Assembly: GCA_002633005.1 (NCBI GenBank) | Contig: NMRA01000278.1 | Span: 227,144-291,143, forward strand | Source of the DNA: Phoronis australis | Lineage: Eukaryota > Animalia > Phoronida | Length of the DNA stretch: 64,000 nucleotides | Direction: 5' to 3' | Shown: one piece after another, positions 49,411 through 63,299 of the stretch | How the letters are laid out: each line of letters starts with the position of its first letter | Numbering within the stretch: position 1 is the first letter of the stretch | Program-made: the position numbers and the translations under genes | The notes under the pieces: model-generated | What the model was told of the DNA's origin: nothing | Seen by the model: the letters and a program-made list of their open reading frames with translations, nothing else | The model's database searches: none

Positions 49411-52400
49411 TTTATCCAAAAAAAACGAGTGATAAATGAGAACAAATTAACCCTTCAGTCCGAAGAGACATGAACAACTCAAGTGTCGAATGAATGAACA
49501 ACGCATGGCAACTGAGCTTGTGTACAAGTTGCAGCACACTCGGTATAAAGATACTCTTTCTGCATTAATTTATAAGCTTTACAAAAATGATTTTAAGGCA
49601 AATTATTTAAAAGCTATTTACACAATAAACTTTAATAACTCCGATTGATTTGATAATAATATGAAAACAGTTTGAATAATGGGATTGGTTCCATATTGCT
49701 AGTGAAGATACAGTAAACATTATCTTTCAAACATCAAATTTCAAAATTCGTTGGGACAATATGCCAAAAACTTACCTTTTAATGTACAGTAAACGCTTTC
49801 GTCAGGGGATGTTGTGGAGAAATTTTTGTATTACCACCATGCAGAGATGGTACGATTTAAACTAACTAAGGGTAGCTGCTAACAGGTAAATTTAGTACTT
49901 TTCCATTTAAATTTTGTTTGTTGCACGCGTTAGGACGGGGTTCACTGTTGTTTGTTTTTGAACTCTTCTAGCGTCTCGTGACCTCATAACGTCGTAGTAC
50001 TGTCGACTTGTACCCTGATTATTTTTAGCCATCCCGGGAGTTTGTCCGTGGATGACCATCTGCTACTCAGCGTACTTGTGTTGTCGAGTGAGTTCGGTTC
50101 ATTGTTTATTTTTTGAGTGTAGGCCTAAATCTGTATTGAGTGTGTTTATTAAATACATGGAACCACTATTGTATGTGTAATCAAACTCATCCTCATCACT
50201 GGGTACTGTTCAATTGACACTTCTTTCCCTCCTTGTATTTTTTAGATCATGACGTAAAACAATGACGCCGCGCTCTCAGGTGCAAAAAATCGCGACGACT
50301 TCTTGGCCTTTGGATGACCAGTGACGTTACCTCTTTGCCGGATCCTCTCGGGGATCCTCAAAACGTTAACTGTCGGGGTCATATATTACTACTTGTGTGC
50401 TTACAATAGCTGATGAAACCATGGTCATATAGAGACTCCGATAAACGTTGCCAACTTAGCTACTGGAACACTGATTCATCTTTCACATCGGCAACTAGCC
50501 TTGCGCTCTAGTTTGTCAGGAGTGGTCGTGAAGAATAATATCGCCGTACCTGCATGTACGAAATCAATTTTGCGACCTGAAATTTGTGTGTAAAGTTGCA
50601 GGCAAGAGCATACTCTGAACATTTTCTTGATGATCTAAAAATCAATTATGGCGCGTAAACATAGCACTAGAATTTTGAGATCTGCCATAGCGTCAGTGTG
50701 TTCCATCGAAATACAAACCCCCAGTCGAAAACACGCTCTCGCACCTTCGAAACAGCTAATCATTACGAAAATATGTACCCTGACCTTGGAAAACAGTTAC
50801 CCTGGGGATCAGACTGAACACTTGGGTACGGAAACACCACTCCCGCACTTTCTGTCAAGGATTGTTTGATGAGAAATAAATCTTTGTACTTTAAATAGCT
50901 GTTTTGATATGTTGTTTTACTATATGAGAATCGGCACCTTGAGATAGTCCGTCACCTTTTGGCCAGGTTCTTTTTTCCCAATTCCTCAATCAACAGTTCT
51001 TCTTCCACGAGCTCGCGTACATGTCATAAAAAATAATCAACAATGGCCCTCGAAAGTCGAAATATTATTTTTCTTTTTCAATTTTGAATAATGTGAAATC
51101 AAGTAAATAATCGCCCAGGTAACAACGTGATGAGTGTATAATTTTTTAACTGAGAGTCTTAGTCTACTGACAACAGTCTCAGATAATTTAAGAAAAAAAA
51201 ATGTCCTGGTTCCCTGACCGATCCCTAAGATTCCAGTTATAAAGGTTGGGTTTTGTGTTCTTTGAACTAGTTTGCTTTTTTGAAGGTGCGGATATCTATT
51301 TCGATGGAACACCCTGGCATGAAAACGCCGAGCATGAATTTTAACTGAAAAATAAGAAATTGCAAGGAACAAGGGTTGAAGATACTTCCTGCTTTGTTGC
51401 CTTGATAAACTGAAGCTGTATCTGAAAGCTTTAGAATAATCGTTGCGAGATTTGGAAGATGGGCTCCTATAGAAATGGCAACAAATAAAGATGAGTTTCA
51501 GACAAATCGGACAATAACTGTGCCTCCTAGTGTCAAATGTGTTTTCGTTTGCCTCTGTTTCTAAGGATTTCCTTGGCTGTTTTCGTGAAATTTGGCAAAT
51601 AGTTGTGTAACACGGAGATAGTGCCACCTTTTCAATTCTGACGGCTTTGCTGCATTCTGTGCCATGGCACGCAGAAAAGCACACCGTTTGCAGAGCTGTC
51701 GTGGCAGCATTTCAACCATCCGCATTGCTCTTGTTAACTGAGTTTGGAAATAACTTATGAACATAGCGACGTCTAAGTTTCCACTTTTCGACGTATTTTG
51801 CGCCCCCTGTTGGCCATGTCAGTTAATTTTGGTCTGTTTTTTCGCTGTTTCCATGTGTATCGGCCAGGCCTCTCAGGAGATGGTTGTAAAAATTGGCTGA
51901 TGTGTTCCTTCTGACATAAGCACGACTAGCGTGAGTTTTCAAATGTGGTGCTCCCCACGGACATTGTTTTCCCATCGACGTTTGTCTCTCATAAACTCAA
52001 TGCAAGATCACAAATTGTTAAGCCTATTTTCATCATTTTGACATCAGACGGACAGATTCAACTACATGTGTGCATTCTAATGGCATTCTGTTTTTTAACC
52101 TTGTCCCTTCATATTTGGAATTCTTTGGTGGACTTTTATGAAAATTGGTAGTTTGTAATAGACAGACGATGATGCTTCCCAAGTTTGGACGGGTTTTCCA
52201 TATTCTGGGTCATTTAATGGCCATTTTATGATATGAAAAACACCATTAGAAGCGCACCATTTGCATCACTCTCGTGGGTGTATTTCAACACACCGTCTTG
52301 CTTTTGTCGCCATCTAATTATTACAATTTTGTTCAGATAATGTTGTGTACGGCATACATCACTAACTCGTTGTCAGAGTCAGTGTTGTCTATTGAGCATA

Positions 52401-53534
52401 GTTACTGCCTGTGTTGTTGTCATTGCCACAGCCACTTTCACTTGTTATGCAAAGCCATGCAGACCCGAAAAGAATGACTTAATGGCAATAATCTGTTCAC
52501 TGCAAGCTTTCATGGGAATTGAACCTGAGGCACCAAGAGGACACCAGTATATATTTGCTTCTTTATAATTATCATTGCTACTTTTATAATAGAAAAATAG
52601 TTGAGTTCTTTTTCACTGCTCTTTTTCAGTAAAAGTAAATAACGGTGCGTGTATAATGAATGTAAAGTGCACATGCATGCAACTCCTAGTTCCCAAGTGA
52701 ATTATAAAAAAATACCAAGCTTGGGTATATAATACAAGAACTGTGTGAGCTTTGATTATTCTTCTTCCTCTTAATTTGTACAAATGCCAATTGACCCAAA
52801 ATACATCAAACAAACAAGCAAACAAGAACATTGCGATGCTATGTACACTAGTCAGCAATACACAAGCTGTTCCTCTTTTTAGATGCATAGTATACATATT
52901 TCACAACTGAGATATCGGGATTACATAAAAGTCTGAAATTCAAACAAAGAGGGACTTGTCCAGAGACTCTCACTTATAAACTTAACTCTGATTTTGGAAA
53001 AAAGTGATATTTATCCTCGACACAATTCCTCTAGCACTATGTACACACTCTGGCTAGATATATAACATTTACGTGACGACCAGTTTCTACTGCCAATCTT
53101 TGGATTGCACCGTATTACCACTCAAATCATGTTCAAGAAGTGATAAATCTGTCATTGCGCTCTGTCTTTTTTGCTGCCTATTTTATATTTTCAACCTCGG
53201 TTCACTTGTCACAAAACAATTGCAGATGTTAAAATATTAAATATCACTGTGTTGTTGTCATGTTAAGTAAATCACGACCACATCACGTGGCCATTCTTCT
53301 GAACTGGGGCACACACTCCATTGGTTGATCTTGCAGTCGAAACGTTACCGGCGTACTTGGCAAAACAGGTGCAGCAACACATTTAATTGTGCTCTGTGCT
53401 TTGTTTTGTGAAGAAGTGGTAATACGAACAGATGCCGAAAATTCATTACATGATGAACGAACAGCCTTACCAGAATTTGACATCTCTTTCATTTTTTCAC
53501 CAATGCAAATACTTTTCAGGTGATATCTATCTAT

Positions 53535-53570
53535 ATGTGTGTGTGTGTGTGTGCGTGTGGTGTGCGTGTC

Positions 53571-53626
<56 letters not shown>

Positions 53627-53662
53627 CATACATATACATATATATATATATATATATATACA

Positions 53663-53738
<76 letters not shown>

Positions 53739-53776
53739 TGTATGTATGTATGTATGTATGTATGTATATATATACA
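53535..53776. repeat. Compound microsatellite (TG)n/(TA)n/(CATA)n/(TATG)n
   Basis: Directly visible. Confidence 0.97.
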
Positions 53777-54059
53777 CAGAACATACAAGGAAAATAACGT
53801 CAATCCCACAAATCGCGAAGCATTAAATCTGGGTTGTAGGCAGTACATAGATGAAAGTAGTATACATAGAACTATATACATGTAAATCCTATTTTATATC
53901 AGTATTCGAATATTTAAAGATGCTATTACAAAAATATTAAAACCAAAAATATGTACAGATATGGAAATCAGAAGCAACTAGGTTGATAAGCGATGCATCA
54001 AAATTTGCTAACACTACTTAAGAGGAATTCATTGAGAAAAAAAGTAACTTTTCTAGATA

Positions 54060-54460
54060 TTGTTACAGGAATTGAAAGCATTTACAATTTATTGGTTTTC
54101 AATGAGTGCAAGAAAGAGCGAGTTTCTCGGGTATTGAACAAAGACACGTCTAAGAAATTAGGATAAGATTGATGGTCTCCACAACTACAGTTTGGAGAGA
54201 CATTTCTAAACTTGTGCCTAAATTTGTCAGAGCTGAGGAAAAGATCGCATCTTGCTCGGCACAATGCGATTTCAGTTTCGCGGGGTATCCAGAATACCCG
54301 TGAATGCGTTGTTTTCCACAACATAGTCTGGAAGAGAATTCCAGTTGTTGACGCATTTCATAACTGTAGACCTTCTGAAGGCCTGGCTGAAGGATGGAGC
54401 CGGGAACTGCATACAGGGCGGAAGATCTCAAATCACTATGATAGCCTAGCCTAGTATTTA
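54060..54460 (-). mobile_element. CR1/L2-like LINE 3' fragment
   Basis: Degenerate ORF2 C-terminus DKFRHKFRNVSPNCSCG; frameshifted. Confidence 0.5.
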
Positions 54461-54538
54461 GATCAAGTATTTTTTACCATAATCATTGTTGACATTACTT
54501 AGTACATTAAAAGTAATATATGGTCATGTGAAAATTGC

Positions 54539-54540
<2 letters not shown>

Positions 54541-54586
<46 letters not shown>

Positions 54587-54617
54587 ACCGGTGGTGTGTG
54601 TGTGTGTGTGTGTGTGT
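54541..54617. repeat. (GT)n microsatellite
   Basis: Directly visible. Confidence 0.97.
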
Positions 54618-55129
54618 AAAAACTCCCCGTTTGGAATAAAATGGTTCGTAGATTAGCCAATTATTTTCAAGAACTAAGTTCTGCTGCTCACGTTCAAATA
54701 TTATCCCTTGTGATTGTCGCACTTTCAAACGATGCTACAATAAAGTAAAACATGTTTGTAGTTCTTTGTGCAAGTATATGGAGTTGTTACATTACATGCC
54801 AGCAGAGAGCATAGAACATGTCTTCTTCATTATGCTTCATTATTTGTTATGCAAGTCCCTGCTGACCACGAAAGAATGACTCAATGGCACAGATCCGTTC
54901 ACGGCAGTCTTACATGAGAATTGAACCTGAGGCACCTAGAGGACAACAGTATACATTTGCTTCATTATCTTTGTCAAAAAGCTCTACATTGTTAGTTTTA
55001 CAATGGTACATGCCAGAAGTATGTCATTTCCTCTTCACTGTGCTTTATTCTTTTGTCAGAGCGTGTTGGGCCTGTGCTTGAGCATCATGCTGCAGAACGA
55101 TTGCATATGAATTGATGTGACATGATGTC

Positions 55130-55408
55130 CAGTGCCTATGATGCGTCATCACCTCACGTGTTGTGAAATGACAGTGCCTATGATGCGTCATCACCTCAAG
55201 TGTTGTGAAATGACAGTGCCTATGACGCGTCATAACCTCAAGTGTTGTGAAATGACAGTGCCTGTGATACGTCATCACCTCAAGTGTTGTGAAATGACAG
55301 TGCCTATGATGCGTCATCATCTCAAGTGTTGTGAAATGACAGTGCCTGTGATACGTCATCACCTCAAGTGTTGTGAAGTGACAGTGCCTGTGATAGGTCA
55401 TCACCTCA
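55130..55408. repeat. 42-bp minisatellite, about 6.6 copies
   Basis: Unit cagtgcctatgatgcgtcatcacctcaagtgttgtgaaatga, head to tail without spacers. Confidence 0.95.
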
Positions 55409-56699
55409 GGTTTTCTCCTTATTCTGTCACCTCTGCTATTTTCAATATTGTCATCTTCTTTCTTGCTGCCCATGCCTTTTCCATCCTTTCTTTAGTGCAT
55501 TTATTGCTATTAGGAAGCATTTGACAGTGTCAAATTGGAAGTTGTTTAAGTAGTATTCATCTAATGTATGTACTGAAATTATTCTATATGTCTGCATTTT
55601 AGTTTCTACCCTTGGCAGTTCGTAAAATGCTTTATTTATGTGCCTATTATTTGAGGCGTTATTTATTAAAGGGTAAATTTTATGGCTGATATTTGATGAT
55701 AACAAATACGGCAGCCGTGCAATCAATTTATGCAACATTTTAAATAATGGGTTAAGATTTTACTGGCATTGATAATTGAGAAAATATGAGAAAGATTACA
55801 CGACATGAGTTGTGATTTCGTGCTTACTCTTTTCATAGTAAACGCCCCCCCCCCGGAAGCCTCAACTGTGTGTTCCCCGCCAACGAACGTGGTGTCAGCT
55901 CAGCTCATGTTATCATCCCCAAGGCTGCCTTCACCGATTGGACGGGTCCCAGTGTAACCAATGCATTTGGACCCAGTCATAGATCTTGAGCAGGTGACAG
56001 AGAGGTTACGATGAAGGAAACCTCAGAGTGGAAGCAAAGTGTTCCTTAGGTCTGATGTCATATACTGTGAATGGACATTGTTGAAATAGTAGTTATAACA
56101 ACTTACTTGTTTCGTAGGTGAAATAATTAACTTCCTGTTAGACAATGTTGTAGTACAATAAGCAATGATTGTGATAAAGTCGGGTGCATGTCGTTTGGAT
56201 ACAACCTTTCCATCATTAATGGATGGGTTGTAGGTGTTAGAAAGAATCAAAGTAATTAACTGCGATAACTACTTCAACGACATTATAGAAGCGAAAATAA
56301 TTTTGGATCCAGATTATAGAAGAGCATGCTGTGAAATCGTTGTAAATTTGTTCCTTAACTTGGCTCGTAGAGAGCGGGCTGTTAATTGACTGTTCACTCG
56401 ACCTGCCATTAGTTTACGTACCAACCAATTACTTTATTTGGTGTTTGGTCACATAGCAGAATGTTTTACGTGATAAATCTTGCAAACTCAATGCAGTGAA
56501 ACTGTTCGAAAAATAACTTGATTGTCGATTTTCCGAAGCCCTTAACCACTTTTCACATTTAATTGCAAAAAGGAGTGAGCATCCATTGGTTGTTGTCTTT
56601 AACAGTGCTTATTAGTTGGCGTGGGTTTAATAAGATGTAATAAAGACTAAAGAAGAGTGAACCAGTGACATCAATGTCACCTGTATGGAATCGAACTCA

Positions 56700-56945
56700 G
56701 TGGAGATGATATTCTCACGCAGTTTATAGATGCCGACTTAAATCATATTTCGATTTGGTTAGTGTTTGCGTGGTGTCCTGCTCTTTGACCGGTTCGTTAA
56801 GTGTAACAGTGGTTTCAACTGCGGGGTGATCAGAAATGCCAACAGGAGGTTGTACAGAAAATGATTCAATGATACTCAAATTGTTTCTTATGCAGAGATC
56901 AATACATGATTGAGAAATGTCAGTCATGCGCTGTGTGATGGCTTT
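56700..56945 (-). mobile_element. LINE APE-endonuclease fragment
   Basis: SCIDLCI...VQPPVGISDHPAV matches the IDL...SDH endonuclease C-terminal motif. Confidence 0.6.
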
Positions 56946-57959
56946 GCCTAGTACGGAGATCGAATAAAAATTTTAACACTGGCGTTCTTGATTGTTTGTG
57001 TGTGTTGAAAGACTCTTCGTTTTGGATTAAAATGGATGGTAAATTTTCCAATTATTTTCAAGAACTTAGTACTGCTGCTAACATTCAAAGGTTTTCCATG
57101 CCACAAGAGACAAAAACTTGTTTGGGGTTCTTTGTGTAGTAAGTACAAGGAGTTGTTACATTACATGAACCAAGTGAACATAGAACATGTCATTCCATCT
57201 TCATTAGGCTTTATTATGCTTTATTATTTTGTCATATCTCGCCATGCCTAACTTTGAGCGTGATGCTGCAGATTACTTACATATGAACAATGCAGACCTG
57301 ACCGTTTTAATAATGCGCCGCATCCTGACGGCAGCAGCTTCACTTGATTCTGCCACCTCAGGTATTTTCAACATTTTTTATCTTTCTTTGCTGCTGATGC
57401 CTTTTTACTGCATTTAATGCCATTAGAAAGCGTTTGACATTGTCAACTTGGAAGTTGTTTAAGTAGTATTCATATAATGTATGTACTAAAATTCTTCTGT
57501 TTGTTCATGCTTTTGTTGCTACCATTCATGGGCAGTTAGTCTAGAAACGCGTTATTTATGTGCCAAATATTTGAGGCGTTGTTTTTTTAAAGCTTAATGT
57601 TATGGCTGAGCTGATATTTGCTGTAACTTTAAAAATCTTAAACTGCATGGTTTATGACGAATAAACTATAAAAATATGTTCCATATGTTACTATGTTCTT
57701 TTACTTTGTGTGAAAAGTTGTGGGAAATGAGACATGAGCTCTAACTTGTAACATACTAACTCTTTTTTTCACAATTAATACATTTATTACAAAAGACAGA
57801 TACATATACAAATATACACAACACAACACAACAACGTACAGAACTGTGCAAAAAATAACGAGAAAGCATTTCATTGTTACTTCGAAGTTAAAAAGTACTA
57901 CTTAAATTTCTGTTCTGGCATCTGGTCAACTCTCTGGGTCCCCTCATGTTTCAAAAACA

Positions 57960-60900
57960 CATTTCCAATCTTCCCATTTTTGTATCATTAAATTTCCGTG
58001 TGTTTAACGAAGCACTTACTTCTACATTAAGACTCTCATTCAAAAAATTTTTCCTAAATTAGGTTTGACGTTAGCAAATTTCCTTTTAAAAATGAAAATT
58101 TTAGTTTGTAAAAGAATCCAATTCAAAATTCTATTCTTTTCATTTTGAAGACCAAATATTATGGTGGTTTTGTCTATTTCAAAATTTACTTGCATTGCAG
58201 TCGTTAACCAGAGACGTACCCCGTGACAGAAAGAATTAACATATTCACATTCAAAGAATAAATGTTCTAGCGTTTCGGGAAAGCATTTACAAAAAGTACA
58301 AGCATTTGAGTCCACGTATCTAATCTTATTTAAAAAGTAGTTAGTAGGTAGAATTCTATGCAGTAAGCGGAACTGAAAGAAAAGTAAGCTTGTGTCATTC
58401 GTACATTCATGTGGAAGTCTGTAATAGAAGTTCCACGTCTTCTCTGATAGCGAAAATCCCAATACTTCTTTTTAGCCGATGGTATTATGTCATTTTTGCA
58501 CAGAATATGGTAAGAATCCCGACACCCCTTTTTCGTCAAAATAATATTTTTCAGGGAAAAGGGTACAAGTGGTCCGTATACCTTTTTTAGTGTTAAGTTT
58601 TTGGAAAACGTTTTCAGGTATTTTTTATTGCACTGACAATTGAATAATATTTGAGAAAGCTGACATTAATCTGATGAATCGTCTGGAAACTTTCAAAGGC
58701 GTAGAAGTTACCATTCCAGTCTAAAAAATCGTTCACAAATATTATACCATTTTCAACGAATGACTCATAAATACAAGGGTTGTATTCCACCGTTATACTA
58801 CTGTTGGCCCACACATTAATTGACACCGCATCTTTGTGACCTGAAATAGTTTGTTTGTGAATTAAAAGGCTCCAATACTGGAAGCATTCTGCCCAAAAAG
58901 AGTTACAATTATCCGATCTAGATAATCTATAGTCTCCATGGTTCAACATTCCATCTCTAGTAAGCCCGGTATCTTTTTGCAACAAATAAGTCCATGGGAA
59001 TGTTGTTAAAAAGAATCTTCTAATCCATGAAATTTTTAAAGACATATTAATTTTTTTGACATCAATCATCATCAATCCACCCTCTTCTATGGATTTAATG
59101 AGTACTCCTCTTTTTATTTTATCAGGTTTTCCGTCCCAAATGAATTTAAAAAACAAAGTTTCAATATCCCTAAAAGTAGTATCATTGGGACTTGGGAGCA
59201 GCATTAGCAGATGAATAATTTTTGGAAGCACAAGTGTTTTTAACACTGTGACCTTTCCAAAGATAGTCAGCTTTTTACGAGACCATATATTAATCAGACT
59301 CTTTATTTCCATTATTTTTGCATCAAAGTTATCTTTGCACACGGTATCCAAGTTCACGCTGAAATTTATACCCAGAAGCTTAAAATCAACGTCACTCCAT
59401 TTTAGTTTCCAACGCGTACTTCTTGAGAGAATTTTCTACTTCCAATTCACACTACTTTTGTGACTCTAGGTTATTCATAAGTGCTTTCAGGGATCTTGGA
59501 GTTCCGTCTAATGTGAAAGTTGTGTCATCTGCGTATTGTATTATAACGAAATCTTCATCACCTATTTTAATACCTTTCACGTCAGGATCTTGTTTAACCA
59601 ATACGGACAAAATTTCAGCACACAGTATAAAAATATAAGGGGAGAGAGGATCACCTTGTCGACATCCGCATTCTAATATGAAGTTGTCTGACAGAAATCC
59701 ATTTTGTATGACACGGGCAATTGGTTTATTATAAAAAGTTCTTATATATCGAATGATATTGACTTTGAAATTGAAATTATTCAGCATTTTGAATATAAAG
59801 TCCCAGGAAACACTATCAAAAGCCTTCTCAAAATCTATCAACACAAGTAGTCCTGGAATGTTGTGTTTGTCTGTATACCTCATAATATCATAAATTAGTC
59901 TTGTGTTCTCAGCCATGAATCTTCCTTTAATAAATCCAGTTTGGGTATTTGAAATCAGTTTATCTAGAATTGTTTTAATTCTGTTTGCAACGCATCCCGG
60001 AGCCAGTTTGTATACACTATTCAGTGAAGGTACTGGTCGCCATTTTTCAGAAACTGTTTCGGCTTGTCTGGTTTTGGAATACATGTAATAATCCCAGTCC
60101 GTTGAGTTGTGGACATATGTCCCTTTTCAAAACTACATTTAATGTGCCGCAATACAAAATATTTTATGTCTTCCCAAAAGAATTTCAACAATTCCATCGT
60201 AAAGCCATCAGAGCCTGGACTTTTCTCATTTTTTGTATTTTTTAAAACCTCAAATAATTCATCAATGTTAATTTCATTTTCTAGTTGGATTGCCTCCAAC
60301 TCTGAAAGTACCGGGAACCGACAATGTCTGAGTACACTATTCAACATTTCTTCGCTCTCAGGCCTCGAAGAATATAAGTTTTTATAAAAATTCATCGTCT
60401 CGCATAAAATTTCCTTTTGATCCGTAATAGTTTCTCCTTCTTCTGTTTCTATAGCATATATCAATTTACTAAAAAAATTCCTTGATTCTAAGTTTCAAAA
60501 ATATTTGGTCGGGCGTTCTCCACTTTCAATCCAGTTTGCTCTTGATCGGACAACATAGCCCTTCAAAGTATTTCTTCTTAATTCTTGTAAATCGGTCTTT
60601 TTTTTCTAAAGTTGTTAGATCACCTCCAGTCAGGTTGTCTTTGCCTTCCAGCCTGTTAATGGCTTCTTCTAAAACACGTTCATAATTGATGTGTTTTTTC
60701 TTCTTTCTTATTGGGTAGTCTATAGTGGTGCTACGGATTTTCATAAACATAACGTCTAAGAACAACTGGTCATTAATTACGAATTGAATTTCATTGTTAG
60801 AAATTGTATCGATCATTTGATAATTGTAAACTGGAACAGCATACCGACGTTTTACCCCAGTATTTTTTTCTTTAATCTTTTTAGGATATTCCAAGTCATC

Positions 60901-61630
60901 CAACAGGGAATTGTTGAATTTCCAAAGGCCTTTCCCTATTAAAATTTCTTTTAATTTAACACTCAGTAGCACACCTGAATGATCTGTAACTGTTTATTAT
61001 GTGAAGTAATTTTTTTGAAAGTAAGAAAAAGTCCAGTCTCGCCTGCTTTATAAGGTTTTTACGTCTCCATGTATGACGGTTTAAATTCGGGTGGAATTCC
61101 CGAAATGGATCTACGAGGTCCCACATTTGTATTTGTTCTTTTAATTTCTCACTGCCATTTGGATTATTGCGTTGCTTATAGTATCGCGTGTCTTTATACT
61201 GGTCTAAAACAAGATTGAAATCCTCACATGCAATATTTTTTTCATTACCCAACTCCTCAATTTCATTAAAAAGGTTCGAAAAAAGTCAGGTTTGTCCTCG
61301 TTTGGACCATACAAGTTTACAAGCGTAATTCTCTCTCCCTCCATTGTTATATCAAGTAATATATAATTCCCACTTTTGTCACCTCTCCAACCGTGTATTT
61401 GATGTTCAAAATTATTACTCAGCATTATTGCAACTCCTCTTGCATTGCTCTTGAATGAACTGAAATAGCTGGAAAATCCCCACTGTAATTGGACTTGATC
61501 CTCCAACGCCTTGGGTATCTTGAAGACAATAAATATTGTATGACTTATCTTTAAGGTACTTTAGAACATCAAGTCTTTTCTCGGAATCTCCAAGTCCCTG
61601 ACAGTTTAAAGAAAGTATTTTAATTTCCAT
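57960..61630 (-). pseudogene. LINE ORF2 (endonuclease / reverse transcriptase), multiply frameshifted
   Basis: [60 protein letters not shown] and CTFC..ETLEHLFFEC spread over at least 8 ORF pieces. Confidence 0.93.
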
Positions 61631-62366
61631 TCTTGTTAAAATTTAATTCGTGGACTACGACTAAATTCAAGTACTGCTCTCAGTGACATTAAACATTTAA
61701 CGTATTCAATTGGATTGATTAATTTTTCTGCACATGCTACCAGTAAGAGAAGGAACACAGTGGACAAAAAGCTATCAAGACAAAGAAGAAAAACAAGCAC
61801 TAAATGAGTGAGCTGTAACAGCACCCACAACATATACCACAGACGCCAGGAGCCCTGAATCTGAGAAGGCAGCCCGCATCGACAGTCATCCTATGCATGC
61901 TAAAGCCCTGGGTATTTGACTAGTTACTGTAGTCATAATGGTATACCCCATGGAATGACAATCCAAAGGAAGAACAATTGAAGAGCAATAGAAGCGCTCC
62001 GAATGAACTGCATTAGAGCACAAGCCATTGGTTACAACCCTGATTTAGTTACTACCAGATGTTCAGCATTGGCACAAAGAAAAAAACAGTTTAAAGCTCG
62101 TAATTTCAAGAGATAACTAGCTCAGGAAAAGATTCAAATAGGAACTAAAACTTTAAAAAAATGCAATTAAATAAACATATAGCTGAATAGAGAAACTGAA
62201 ACACCAGATTAACATGAAATACATGTAAAAGTACTAGTATCAAATTACGAGATAACACTGATATCAGTCTACGCAAACGCATTTAGTACAAAACATTTAA
62301 ACGCCGCCTAAAATATTAACCCAATTCCGCACGACTACCTAAATTGAGTAACCATACGCCGTCATT

Positions 62367-63104
62367 TTACTCACAGTTCAAAACCCGTTCCGGCGTTGGC
62401 TTCTGGCGCTGACTCTTCCAAAGACCTTCCACAAACTCGTTTACTTGTTCCATTCGCATCATTTCTTGGTAAGAATCATTCATCTTCTTGATGAAGATCT
62501 TCCCATCTCTCACGTATGCCGACTTGATGTGTCCCTGTTTCACTAATCTGCTACACTCTGCAAAAATAGCAGCTTTCCTCTTTGTGAGATTTTCATTCAT
62601 ATATATTTTTCGCACCGAGGCACGCCCTTGATCCATCTGTTTAACCGCAAGTGTCGATCTTTTCTTCAGAAATTCTGTTCGCTTACGGTAACTAGTAAAC
62701 ATAGCGATGATCGGTCTAGGTTTACCCCTGGCATCTCTGTTAAAAGCACCCAGCCTGTGGGTGGGGTCTAATTCAGTTACAGACAGGTCAACTTCCAACT
62801 TCTTGGCTATGTTTAAGACTAGCTCCTCAGTGTTCTCCCCCTTATTTTCCTCTACACCGTGTATTATCATGCAGTTTCGTCTAGAATATTGCTCGCTGTC
62901 GTCTAAACGCTCCTCCAGTTCGCTCACCTTTCTACTCAGACTGTCAATTTCGTCCTGTTGTTTCTGTAGCATATCTTTGAACCCCTCGGTTAGGTGAAGA
63001 CAGGCTTCATTGAGAGTACGTTCAAACATTTCTGTGAACAGTCCCTTTATATCCGAGTCCTGGAGTGCAGATTTCATGCCTTGAATAAATGTGTTCGCTT
63101 CCAT
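62367..63104 (-). CDS. LINE ORF1 protein (coiled coil, RRM, CTD)
   Basis: Open 245-aa frame with EQYSRRNCMIIHGVEE, HRLG, PRPII and IYMNENLT motifs. Confidence 0.85.
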   Translation of the reverse strand: MEANTFIQGMKSALQDSDIKGLFTEMFERTLNEACLHLTEGFKDMLQKQQDEIDSLSRKVSELEERLDDSEQYSRRNCMIIHGVEENKGENTEELVLNIAKKLEVDLSVTELDPTHRLGAFNRDARGKPRPIIAMFTSYRKRTEFLKKRSTLAVKQMDQGRASVRKIYMNENLTKRKAAIFAECSRLVKQGHIKSAYVRDGKIFIKKMNDSYQEMMRMEQVNEFVEGLWKSQRQKPTPERVLNCE

Positions 63105-63299
63105 GGTTAGGCTTTAGGGCTGATATTTTTGCAGGCTATGTTCTCGAATTCTAAAACACACCCGCCATGTTTCGAAGCGCCACCATGGTCACACTGCGCC
63201 ATGCCTATGAACCTTAGACGTATGTGCATACTGTATACAAAACACAAGAGCAAAAGTTAATATTATTTGGAAGATGCATTTTTACAAATGCGTGTGCAT

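Larger units (their letters stand above)
57760..63185 (-). mobile_element. L1/Tx1-clade LINE, near full length, ORF2 decayed
   Basis: Short 5' UTR with aacatggcg; ORF1; 736-bp spacer; ORF2 (APE, RT, CCHC); aataaa and short A tail near 57765-57790. No clear TSD. Confidence 0.9.

Noticed and set aside
51037-51764. 215-aa and 67-aa minus-strand ORFs
   Set aside because: No recognisable motif beyond a faint KPSELKR resemblance to Buster-type hAT; insufficient support.
53283-53885. Several 85-164 aa ORFs (YIHT/CVCV repeats)
   Set aside because: Translations of a compound microsatellite.
55130-55408. CRISPR-like array
   Set aside because: Units are contiguous with no unique spacers, there are no cas genes, and the context is eukaryotic.
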